A stretch of 57,709 nt of DNA, counting the filler, from Dimargaris cristalligena (Eukaryota), in the NCBI GenBank assembly GCA_003614675.1. It is 3 parts of 3 records of this genome, joined end to end, with 100 filler letters (N's around TTAATTAATTAA, not from the genome) between each part and the next. Parts side by side here need not be neighbours in the genome. Positions count along the whole stretch, not along the records: positions 1 to 19,203 come from ML002735.1; 2 more parts are not named here. One strand, given 5' to 3'. Positions 1 to 11,616 of the stretch are shown here, piece after piece; the stretch's first letter is position 1; each line of letters opens with the position of its first letter. The notes beneath the pieces were generated by a model. It saw nothing but the letters and a program-made list of their open reading frames with translations. It was not told where the DNA came from and did no database searches. Position numbers and translations under genes: made by a program.

Positions 1-98
1 TCCTTTATTTACGTCCTATTTTAAAGAGTATATCAAGCCTTCGGACAACTCCTGAATAGAGAAGTTGTCATTTCCGAGTGGTAGGGTTATTGGGAATA

Positions 99-433
99 GG
101 CATCTATTAACGATAATTCGTTTATACAAACTCATTATGTTAATAGAGGGGAAAGAAAAATTTTTCCGTAAAAATATTACTTTCCCCGAAGTAGAAAGGA
201 AAAATTTTCTAGTGAAAATTTGTTTCTCTATCTTTCTCCTTCTTTTATTCCTTCCTACCAGCCGACCCTATTAGTTTATTCCATTTTTACTATCAAAATT
301 TATCTCTGCCGTGTTCTTTACACATGTGCACGACGACTTTCGGTTATTATAGACCGTGGACTTGTCCATTGAGCGAAATAAGAATCGCCAATAAAATAAC
401 AAACGTCGACGGCATCTATTAACGATAATGAGT
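99..433. mobile_element. Putative small non-autonomous element (MITE- or Helentron/HINE-like), copy 1
   Basis: 115-243 is identical to 19075-19203. A 19-bp direct repeat GGCATCTATTAACGATAAT lies at 99-117 and 411-429. 130-147 is an 18/19 inverted match to 415-433. AT-rich, with no credible ORF. The class assignment is inference. Confidence 0.5.
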
Positions 434-808
434 GGAATGGGCAAGGTCTTGGAGACAACAACGAATGCCAATGTGCCAGTCCTGGACAAAGCGGGAGTAT
501 TTTGAATACAGTGGGAGGCTGCACCAGCGAATTAGTAGGTCAGCCCCTATCATGTCCTTCCATAGTGGTGGCAGTTCAATCAATTTCAGACTTAACCAGC
601 ACCTCAATAAGCGATAGGCAGTTCTATTAAAGATGTGCAGGGTTTATTTTAGGCTAGTAGGAGGATAAGAAGTCGACCGATAGAGTAAAATGATGGCGAT
701 AATTGGGGTATACAGAAATCCGGAATGGTACTCCAGTCGATCCCGGTATTTCATCAACAATCGGAACATTGCGATAATAATATCCTCTCCCCTTGCCTTA
801 GTGGCGCT

Positions 809-1967
809 TTAGCCGTAACAGCGAATGGGGTCAGAGCACCCCTTGCGAGCGCTTTGGCCGCGTTTCTCCAGGTACGCCTGGTGGGTTTCTTCGGCCGGGT
901 AGAACTTGCCAGCGGGGACAATTTCGGTCACAACGGGTTTGCCGATGTCGGCCTGGTGTTCTTGCTTGCTGGCTTCGGCTAGCTGCTTTTGTTCATCGGA
1001 GTGATAAAAGATGGCCGAACGGTACTGGGTACCAATATCGCCACCCTAATGGGTTGAGGAGAAGGGGGAGAGGGTGGTGTTTCATAGAAGTGCAATCCAA
1101 TAGTGGCATCCGATAGTATGTGTTAGTAGGATAGTTGGCTTCATTCTAGAGCTGAGGGTACGTATTTTCGATTATTAGGGCCGCCAGAGTGAAACCCACC
1201 ATTCCCCTGCGGGATTTATTACGTCACTATTAGGCGGGTTGCTTAGAGCACCTAAGGGATACGGAAAACAGGTACCAAGTGGGGCGGTGTTCCATAGCGA
1301 TGGCCGGGACTTACCTGGCGGTTGAGGGTGGTGGCGTCGTGCTTATCCCAGAAGGCCTGAAGAAGTCGGTTGTAGCTCACCACCGACGGATCGTAGTCGA
1401 ACTGAACGGCTTCGGCGTGGCCGGTTTGGCCCGTACTATAAATAGCACATGGCGGAATAGCACCGTCAAAGGCGGCCATAATGAGTTAGTGTCTCGTTTA
1501 ATACATTGGTCAGTAACGATGGGGCTGTAATCCCTTGGTTGTATTAGCCAGGGGCAAGGGCGGCTGCGAACACCTCGTTTGTCCACCGTTTGTCACGGGA
1601 TACCACTCGTCTGGAGTATATTTACAATGAACGGCTGTACTTACCACACCTGGGCGTAGCTGGGGTTGGCCACTTGGCCGCCGGTGTAGCCGACCTGAAT
1701 GTGGTCCACCCCTGGTATGCGCTTGAAAGCCAATTCAACGCTCCAGAAGCAGCCAGCGGCAAAAGTAGCTAAGGGACGGTCTTGGGAGGACGCCATGGGG
1801 AGGATAGCAGAACCGGAGAATAGCCGGGAGGTGGTAGGCGTTGATAGAGTACGGGGGAAGGGGGTAGCGGGACTCTGGAGAACAACTGGCCGAATGGTAC
1901 TGGGTTGCAGAGAGGAGGGAATGCGGACAAGTCTTGAGGGGCTTAAACAAGGGAGCCGTGGCAACAT
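809..1967 (-). CDS. MSRA: Peptide methionine sulfoxide reductase A (3 exons: 1967-1645, 1435-1315, 1045-809)
   Basis: The spliced product has [55 protein letters not shown] and [12 protein letters not shown]. Two GT-AG introns keep the frame. An Arg/Ser/Pro-rich presequence-like N-terminus precedes a second in-frame ATG at 1796. Confidence 0.95.
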
Positions 1968-2951
1968 GGGTTAGAGCGGGGTTGGTAAGAGAAGTAGGCG
2001 GCCTTTAGCGAAGAAGAGCGGGTTAGGTGGTAGTTATATAACTCTAGAAGGGAAAAGAGTACTGGGTGTGAGGGAAGAGACCTCACGCCTAAAGACAGTG
2101 TAAGGTTTGGGTCACCACAGCCAAGTCTGGCTATCGTTTCAGTATTGGTGTGGTATCTGACCAATCCGCTTGATTCGCTATGTAATTCCCGGCCCTGTGA
2201 AATATGGCTGCGGGGGCCCTAGTGAATAATATACCTTTACTTCGAAGCCTTAAGAAGGGCCTTGCGTGACTCCGTTTGCTCGTTTGATTAGTGCCGACCC
2301 TGCTGGCCTATTGCTGGCATTTCTTCTCGAAGACTGGGCGGGTGAACCCCCCCCCCCCTGTTCAAAGCACTCTTCGGTTTCCACCAAAGAATGCTAAACA
2401 GTAACGAGCTATTGCTAGGCCTAATACACATCATTTATAGTCCCTTTTTCTTTGCATCTCCCTGAACTAAAGGGACTGCCATACTGTATGTTAGCAAGGC
2501 CCCAGTCGTCGGTAAGCGGATCTAAATCCGAAATGCAGCCTCAAGATACGCTTGTACATGTCTGCGATATCTTCACTGGTCCCATCCCTCATACCTACTC
2601 GATTTTACGCAAGAGGATGCTATTATTTTGCTCGGGAAATCCTACCCAATTATAATGTTGGTTATCGGATCCGATGATTGAGTAAAAGCCAACCACTCCC
2701 GTGGTTCCTCAAGGCCCAGCAAATCCAACCAAAAATAAATTCAACCGTCGAAAAACTACAATGCGCAGAACACACCATGACCACCACAGGTTGCGGAATC
2801 CCACCTACATCTATACTTGCTCGATTACTTGTTTTTTCTACTCTGACCAATTCTCTTGCTAAGCGTTATTGTGTGGTTTAGCAATACTTCGATTGAAAGC
2901 CCCGAGTGGTTCGACCCGATCCCTCATTTACTCTGACCCTACTCGGCCACC

Positions 2952-5626
2952 ATGTCGCTGCTCCGAGCTGTTCGGCCACTTCCGCATTCCTACCGAGGTT
3001 CGCTGTTGCGACTCGGAGGGGGCCTCCGGTCCGGGTTTGAAAACTCCACCAGGTAAATATTGGCCATCGGTGTAATTACAATAAAGAGGGGTCTATTCTC
3101 TATGTTCCTCTATCTCCCGCCTTCGATTTAATAAGGGAGGGAGGGAGGGAGGGGGTGCCCAGTTAGTGGCCCCATATACCAAATAACCTATTCAATTCCC
3201 CTATATGCGTAAAGTATCACACCAATTCAAGTCTTGTCCTTTTTATCCCGCATTCTATCCGATATACTTATATATATTCATCTCTAGAGCCTTCCATGTC
3301 CCGGCTACAGTCCTCGCCCGCGCCAAGCGCGTAAGATCGACCCCAACTTCTCCCCAAACTGCCCGCCCTCCCCCTACGGAAGAAGAAATGGCCGCTAAGG
3401 AGAAGGAAATCAACGAGCTCAAACTCCGGAAATTGCGCCCACCCCCGGTTGAGCGGGCAACGGGTACCCTGGGTTCAGCCGACGAGTGGAATGCGGCGGT
3501 CCAACAATACGGTACCCAAACTTTGCGTAAGCGCCTCGTCCTACCCGCCGGAAATATAGTCGCTGAAGTTTCGGCGGCCACCCTCACCGAGACCTCCTCC
3601 TCGGGCGTAGTAGCAGATGCCGGCAAAAAGCCCCGCCGGAGCCCCTTGATCCGGTTTGGCCGCAAATACCAAGCCCTGGGCATCCTGCCCCTCTGGCTGC
3701 GGACCAGCGTCACGAATCGCTTGGCTACTTTGGCGGCCGACTCCCACCAACTCCGGCACGACGCCCTGCGCATTTTAGATGCGCAACGGTCCACGGCGGG
3801 TGGGGGAGCCCCGCTGCCGTCCCTTTTAACCGTTATTGGAAAAAATAGTAAACAGCCCACACCGAATCAGCGCAACAAGGCGAAAATGCGGGAGAAGGAG
3901 CGGCTGGCTGACCTGGAGGCGGATGAATGGGCGGACGATTTGGATGCTGAAGGTGGCAGTACCAAGTCGGCCAAAGGTAAAGTGGCGGCCATGGCTAAAT
4001 CAGCGGCTAAGACGGCATTCGCCCCGCCGGAGATGCTCCAACCCCATATCCTCGCCTACGGCGACCGGGAAACGAACGCCTATTTGGCCGTCCGTTTTGT
4101 ACCGACGTTTGGAGTGCTGGCCAACCTTTTTACCGAACTACGAACCCGCCTGCCCCAGTTTGAACCCCGCACGATGTTAGATTTTGGTACGGGCCCTGGT
4201 ACGGCTTTCTGGGCCGCCCACCATGCGTGGGGGGCGAGTCCCGCCTCGGCTTCCCAGTCGAAACCGTCGACCAGCAAGGGCGTTCAAGAGGGTCTAGGTA
4301 TCGACATCTCGGAAAGTATGTTGCAGGCAGCTGAGGGTATCTACGCGGACCACTCGAATCCGGAATCGGAAATGGCCCACGAAGCCTCACCGATCCCCCG
4401 GTTGGAATTCCAGCGCTACCTGACTTACGGGGAACAGGGCCGCACCTACGATATGGTCGTCAGTGCCTTTACTCTGTCCGAACTGCCATCGGACGTTATT
4501 CGACAGAACACCCTCGAGACCTTGTGGGCCAAGACTAACGATATTCTGGTAAGTCCCTATGATCTGTATGATCTATGTATTTATACCTCCTATTCCATTC
4601 CTTACCCTTGATGTTTCGAGATCTTTGTTAACAGGAAATTAAAGCAATGGTCATGGTAGTATAATTACTGGACATCACCCAATTGTGGAATCCCTTCACT
4701 AACCTCGCCTTTGATTATTAACGCCCCTGAATCCATCACACCCTAATCCGGGTTTTCAGGTTCTTGTTGACCGCGGAACGACAGCCGGCTTCAAAATGAT
4801 GCACGAAGCTCGCGAACACTTTATCAAATTGGCCCAAAAGGAAGCCGGTTCGTCTGTGGCCGGCTGCCATATCGTGGCGCCCTGCCCTCACGAGCGGGCC
4901 TGTCCCTTGATCGGAACCACCAGCTGGTGCCATTTCTCGCAACAGATTCAGCGCCCCCGGTTCATGATGAACGTGAAAAAGGGTAAAGATAACACCGAAG
5001 ATGTGCAATACACCTACCTGATCCTGCGCCGTGGTCCTCGCCCCTCAGCAACACCATCATCACCATCATCAACAGCCTCTACCTCCACTGTCCCGGTGGA
5101 TAGTCCCACGAGTGCCAAACAGGCGAGACAGGCCCAAGCGGTGACCCACAATCAGCAACGGCTCACTCTTCCGGACACGGAGTTTGAATCCTCCGCCTAC
5201 GAATGGTCGCGCATGGTGTTTCCGCCGCTTAAACGGGGTGGCCACATCATTACCGACAGCTGTACCGAACAGGGCCAAATCATCCGGCGGACGTTTACGA
5301 AAAACGACGGCCGAGGCGATGTTTGGAAGGACGTGCGTAAGATTATGTGGGGCGATTTATTGCCGTACGAAGCTAAACACCGTATGCAGCGGGTCATTCC
5401 CATGGAAGACGAAGCAGCGGAGGCGGTGGGTAATCAGAATGCCGGAGGTAGCCCTAACCACCCCAAAAAGTCTACAATGCCAACGGCCGCGACCATGGCC
5501 ACGACCACGAAGGCAGGGGACGGACCAGCGGCTAAGCGGGAAGCACGGCAGAAGGAAAAGAAGCGGGCTAGGGCCAATATAGGCCAGAAAAAGAAAAATA
5601 ACGACAACGATGACGACCTCGATTAG
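2952..5626 (+). CDS. RSM22: Mitochondrial small ribosomal subunit assembly factor Rsm22/METTL17 (exons 2952-3052, 3288-4548, 4760-5626)
   Basis: SAM-binding MLDFGTGPGT, YDMVVSAFTLSEL, and ILVLVDRGT across the second splice junction. Also HIVAPCPHERACP..WCHFSQ and PPLKRGGHIITDSC..WGDL. Exon 1 encodes a basic presequence MSLLRAVRPL. Confidence 0.93.
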
Positions 5627-6140
5627 GATTTATACCCCCCCTGTTCACTAAAAATATTTGATATAATAAAAAAATGGCTTAGGGTACGTGGTCCCGCTCG
5701 ATTTTTCGGGTATGCGTTATGGATTACCATTCCTGGTATTTTTGATGATTTTGAAAATTCATTTAGCTGGGGCCTCCGGATATCTCTGTTTGATACAACT
5801 GCATAATTTGACCGAAACTATTTTATTGAATTACATGGGTGGTGTTTTTCAGTAGAATATAAGATAAAAATAAAATGGGCCTTATAAAAAAGTGTAGCCG
5901 GAAAGTGCGATTTGTGGAAGCTTGGATAGTAATTCAAAATAGGATAAAACCCTTGACTAAACGAATATGCAACAATAAAGAGGGATATACTAACAACATA
6001 CAAAAAAAGATAATTCGTTGTAAACGTGGTGAATCATAATATGAAAACCTTAACGCGGAAGAGCAAACACAACAAGCTGGGAAGGGAGGGAGAGAGGGAG
6101 GAGGGGTGCGTGTAAAAAAACGCAACTCCTACGCGAAGAG

Positions 6141-9100
6141 TTAATCCATCGTCTTTTCATTCATTGGCGCGGTATCCGGAAGGGAATCTAGTGTCGTCGG
6201 AGTCGATATCACGGTACTCGATTTCATAATGACATCGGTACCACTAACGCTGACATTAACATCGACATGGTCATTACTACCATTGTTGACATTGGCATTG
6301 GTATTATCGTTGTCATTGTCCATATCGTTAGCATTCGCTACTGTCATGGTCACTGCCCCTTCCGGTTCCTTCTCCGGTTCCACTAATGCCGGAGCCGGTA
6401 CTCCGAAAATCCCGAGTGAGTCTCGCTCGAAATCCGCCCGTAGGAAAGCCAACTCGGGCGTTTCGCACATGAACCGGTAATTTTCGAATAATTCGTGGTA
6501 TTCGGTGTAGGGTTTGTCCTTGGCCCGCTCGAAGAGCCATTGTTTGGTAATAATTAAATTGCCGAGGGTCGATTTCATATTTTTGGACCGGATGTAACGC
6601 ACGAACCGGGTAAGATGGTCGTCGTTGATGGCGCTCGTAGCACCAGTACCAGTAGCAATACTCGTGGTGGTGGTAGTGTTGGTTGGAGAGGAAGCTATGG
6701 TAGCGACCACCGTGGAAGCAGGTGCTGTGGATGTGGGGGTGCCCGGTAGGTTGGAATCCATACCCTCCGTGTGAGGAGGAGGGGATAGTTCCATCGGAAC
6801 AGTGTAGGGAGGTGGGGTAACCAGTATAACGACCGGAGGAGGGTCGGCCTGGTCAGGGGGGTGGTTACTAGCTGTTTCCAATTGTGAATCTGGCTCGGAA
6901 GTCGGTTGTTGCTGGGGTATATCAACCAGTATATTTTGATACACGAGGTTGGGTGAGATGTTTTCATAGCCACTGTCGTTAGCTAGGCAGCCCACCGGAT
7001 CGTCAAACTGTGGCTGTATTTTATCGGTGGCTACATCCGAGGGGACAGAAGTGGATGTTTCGGCGAGCAGGGAAAGGTCTTCGGTGATTAAGACTATTGC
7101 TTGGGGTAGAGACGATGGTAGGCGTTGTTCCGGCTGCTGTTGTTGCACCTGCTCGTCCGGTTGTTCCTGTTTTGGCCGCTTGATCCTTCTAGAGGGTGTC
7201 GTTCGGGGCGGTGGGGGTGCCGCCATCAGCGATCCATCTACATAATTATCTTCGGTAGTATGCTGGCGTTTCACTGAGCCAGGCGTTGCCACATTCGGCC
7301 GACCCCGTCGTTTGACTTGGAAATTGCCCTCGATGAGTTTACCCAATTTAGCCAGATGGAACTTAAATAAGCCGGAAAAGTTCGGGGCCTTTGGGTCGCC
7401 GGGCGGGGAAGTGTCCGTGGTTGGCGAGCTAGTCGACGCGGCCCCCCCCACCGGTGTATACTCCTGGTCGTCGGGGCAGTACCGGCCGACCACCCCGGCT
7501 CGCCTTCCTTCGCATTCTGCATGCATTTCATTGAACAGTTCGTGGTAAGCGGGCAAGGTGGTCAGGATGAGGTAGCTCTTGGTGGGATCCGTAGGGGGAC
7601 GTTTCCACGCGAGTGCCGGGTCGTATTTAGCCGATAGGGGGAACATTTGGGTCAGTCGCGCGGTGAGTCGATCGAACAGGTTGCCGCGATTATAAGGGTG
7701 GTGCTCGAAAAAAGTGTAGGTGGCGTGCTGGGCTAACCAGGAATTGACCAAGAAGCCGCGGTTTTGGACGGCGGTGGCTATGGTCGAGGCCGGGATAGAT
7801 ACATACTGGGGCGAGGCCCCGGATGATACGCCAGACGCGGTTCGCCGGGGCGTGCTGCCAAAGGTAGTGTCCACCGCTAGACTGGAGCGACCCGCTGGGG
7901 CCGGTCGACTACTACTACTACTGCTACTGCTACTACTACTACTACTACTACTTGCAGCGGCCGGGGTGGCCCGTGCCCGAGCACCCCGGTGCGATTTAGT
8001 GGTACCGTGTTTCGCCAACGACACGCCGTTGGTTAAGATGTATTCCTCGGGTAGCGGGAGTGGTGTGAAATTGGGGGAGGGTTTAGTCCGTTGCATAAAG
8101 TCCTGCAAACACGCACTGCACGGTGGGATGAATTTGGGATGTTTCGGGCAGTTCGACGGGGAGGTGGTGGTAATCCGGGTGGTCGATGCTAAATTCACGA
8201 GGGACTCCATATCCCCATCGGAAAGCTCGGGGGTTTTGGGACTCGTACAGGACCAGCCATTCAGGGCCGGGGCTACATTGGTGTTACCGTAGGCTAGGCG
8301 TAGGGAGAGGGTGTTAAAGTGGTCGACCGCGTATAAGCCGAACTGGCAGATAAAACACACGGGCTGCCAGTCGGTAGTCACGTATTCCGGGTTCGACACG
8401 AACAAATCGGCCAGGGGCTCATTGGGCAAGTCCGGGCCCGCGGGGAGGGCCGTGTCCGGATCGGGGTCTATATACCCGTCCGGGTCGGTAGGTAAACCCT
8501 GGGCCCGTTTAGCCTCCCGCCGCTCCTTTTCGGTTTGACGGACCGCGGCTACCGTGGCATCGGGGTCCACGTAGAGGTAGGTCAACAGGCGGTTAGGCTG
8601 GGTAAGTTCCAGTGGCCAGCGAACGGTACAGCACGCACAGGTAGTGGTCAGTGCATTCTGGCGCTGCAGGACCAGTTGAAACGCCACCGTCATGGGGGTT
8701 TTCCGGGTACGGGCCAGGACGGCAGTGTCGGGATCGAATTTCGGGTAATGGTCCAGGGTTAGGGCGGGGACCGTCACTAGCCCCGGGGGGAGGGCCTGTA
8801 GGGCTAAGTTGGTGAACTGGCCCAGGGCATTATAGCTACCGATGGCTTCGTTAATGAGCCGCAGGACTTCGCTCATGGATCTCAGACAGGTGGCCTCCAT
8901 TCCGCCGGGGTGTCGACAGGAGCGACCCTGGGCGTAGCAGCGGGCGCAGAGGTCGTAGCCCTCGGCCTCCTCTAAGTCGTCGTTACTTTCGGTGTCGGAT
9001 TGCAGTTCGGCCAGCACCCGGGAAAGGTCTGCGCAGGGAGGGGAACCCCGTCGGGCACCGTAATCCTCACCGTCGCTGTCGTAATGGGCATGGTTCGCTT

Positions 9101-10723
9101 CGGTCGTTGACCCAGCCGTTTCCAGCTCTTCCCCACCGAGGGCTACGCAACATTTTGTACACCGGAAGCAGCGTAGCCAGATATCGGCGTAGCAGAAATC
9201 GCACCGACGCACGCAATCAAGTTTGGAGATGGGGTGTTGGAGCATGGCGTCCAACATGGTAGCGTCGGGGTGGTACCACACGGAGGGATTGGTCATGAAG
9301 TTGTAAATCACCGGGGGTTGGCGGGTAGGGCCGTGGTTTGGGGCAGCCAGGCTGTCCGGGGTAGTCTGGGCCAGCCACACGTCGTCCAAATGCACCCACT
9401 CGTCCAGGGTGTACTCAATCACGGAGTCGAGTAGTCCACGGAGATCGCTGAGCAAGCGCCGGATATTGGCTACGCGGGAGGATAGGTCGGGCAAACCGCC
9501 CAATTCCCCGCGCATCGCCCGGCTGCGGTCACTCAAGTGTTTGAGGCCGAAATAGCCCAAGTATTTAAGGCGGTATTCCTCGGACCGCTGGACACTGCGG
9601 TACATGGGTAGTACTTCGCGGATGGCCCTCGGGATAGATCGGGCCGTGCTCCGGTTCCACGATACCTTGACGCTCATGCCCTCCCCTTGGTTGATTACCT
9701 GGTGGGGCGCATTGCCGGGCAACAGGACGAAATCGCCGACCCGCTGTTCGATGATATGGACCGGGAAGGGAGCCTGGGCCAATACCTCCAGGGGCATAAA
9801 TGAGGATTCTAAGGTCAGGGCCTTGCTGGAATCCCCGTGCTCAATCCAGAATCGATTGGCCGCCGCGTAGTCCTGGGGGCGAATGACGGCCCACAGAGCG
9901 TAGGCATTGGGCTCCCCGTGGACCAATAGGTTATGGCCGATGGACCCGCACAGGTCGCTATGCGCCGGGGTTAAGGTACCGGGTCCCCCAATGTAAATCA
10001 TTAGGTTCTCGACGCGCAAATCGGGGGGCGCTATGCACATGAGGTCGTCGCTGCCTTCGAAAACGAGTTCCTCTGGAATCCGTTCGCGTAAATGGACGGC
10101 CCATTCGACTGGACAGTCGATATCCTTGGCGTAGAGTACATGTGTTTTGCGGGATTGGGGTTTTGTAGACGCAAAAAATTGGTGGAAGGTCATGCTATCG
10201 GCGGTATCCCGGGTTTTGACATTAAAGGGATTGAATTCTTGGAGGGGCGTGGTGCAATTAAATAGTCGGGCCGGAGTGATGAATAAAAACCAAGCGGCGG
10301 TAGATATTTTACCATTATAATGGAGATCAATCAGTTGAAATTAGGCAACGGGAGGCGCGTCTTAATAATGAGGACGGCCCATAGAGGGGGAGGACATATA
10401 CATATAATATACTTCGCCAAGCTAAAATGGACCGGTGATATAAGTTAAGACGGGCCCTCGCGCAGTACTTCCGACCAAACCAACTTACCTACATCCCCGT
10501 AGGTTTCCCGGAACCAATGGGTGGTTAGCAAGTCGGAATCCAGGTTCCAGGCCTCTATGCAGTTTTCGATAATGAGCGGGACACGTAGGTCGTAGAGACA
10601 GCGGTCGACTTCGGCGATTAGTTCCGCCTTGGACAGGCGATTGCCATTAATGCGACGGCACGGTTCGAAGGAACTCTGGGGATTGTCCAGGAGGACATTG
10701 TAATTCGGAAGGCGACTCTCCAT
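6141..10723 (-). CDS. JmjC-domain protein with Cys-rich region, Neurospora DMM-1-like (exons 10723-10489, 10237-6141; start uncertain)
   Basis: JmjC Fe(II) ligands in TPAHSD and PHQVIN. Cys clusters CDFC..CFRCTKC and DLCARCY..RSCRH. AT-hook-like KRRGRP. A GTAAGT donor and AAG acceptor join the two ORFs in frame. Confidence 0.85.
7908..7952. repeat. (ACT)n trinucleotide microsatellite encoding poly-Ser in the JmjC gene
   Basis: About 15 slightly imperfect ACT/GCT units, read as a Ser run on the minus strand. Confidence 0.9.
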
Positions 10724-11616
10724 GCCGGGGACCTGCCGGGTACTAAAACGAAGTGGTCAAATGGTTAAACGAGGATAGGTGGCGGTGAATGAGAAACAAA
10801 CGAAAAGGGAATCAGGTATTCAAAAAAACTCAAAGAAAAAGCAGGAATAACGCGGAGCAAAGGAGAGAGTGGTAAGTGAGAAGAGCGAGTGGGTGAGTGA
10901 GGGAGGGAGGAAGAAGGAGATAGAGGAAAGGGGGAGAGTGGAACAGGAAGTGCAAAAGAACGCAAGGCCTGAGGACACAGGGTTATATGAGATAGTCAAT
11001 TCTACAGTCACCACTTTATAGCAGCTGGGATATTTAATAGACTGCTTAACAAATAGGATTGCGGGCCAACATCATAGATTGAAGGAATACGAAGTTGGTG
11101 AAGGCTTTAGTTGGAATGTAGATTATATTCCTCATTGGTACTGCACAAGGCGAATGCTACGGAACTGCTGCAATTGCTGCATACGGAATGGCGGTCCCCA
11201 TGAACATAGAGCTACGGCAGGCCCCGGGGCGGGATAATTCGGGCTTCGTGGTTGTACCCGGATCAAGAACAGTGCCAGTCAAATCTTATTTAGGCTTCTA
11301 TAGGGATTATCATCACGAATCCCTCCCAGTCGAGGCAATCCAGTCAACCGGCTCCCCTCGGAAGGGTGGAGTTGCTCCATCAACTTCCTTTCTAGGAATC
11401 CCGCTTATTAGCACGTCATTATATATATATATATATATAACCGGCAGTCCTTGAGGGTACTGGCGCCATTACGCCAGATTTACGGTGTGGAGGTGCTGTT
11501 TTGTTTATTCTAGGTCAGCCCCAGAGATCTTTCAGCATCTCCTAGCCTCAAAAAAAAAACTACCTAGTGCCCCTCTCTCTTTTACCTATTTATTTATTGG
11601 GGTGGGATGTACACTT

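Noticed and set aside
65..274. Short ORFs 65-274 and 18953-19255 sharing a peptide
   Set aside because: The shared peptide is just the translated DNA repeat, with no coding signature.
99..429. CRISPR-like repeat-spacer reading of the 19-bp direct repeats
   Set aside because: Only two copies 293 bp apart, eukaryotic context, no cas genes.
40..1800. Possible selenoprotein MsrA with a SECIS element (Sec-MsrA is reported in some early-diverging fungi)
   Set aside because: The catalytic codon is Cys (GCFW) and there is no in-frame TGA. The ATGA-stem-GA hairpin at about 40-72 on the minus strand is too short and lacks the apical AA and correct core geometry.
2347..2358. Poly-C/poly-G tracts (also 45301-45312, 55120-55132) as functional G-quadruplex elements
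   Set aside because: Simple homopolymers without supporting context.
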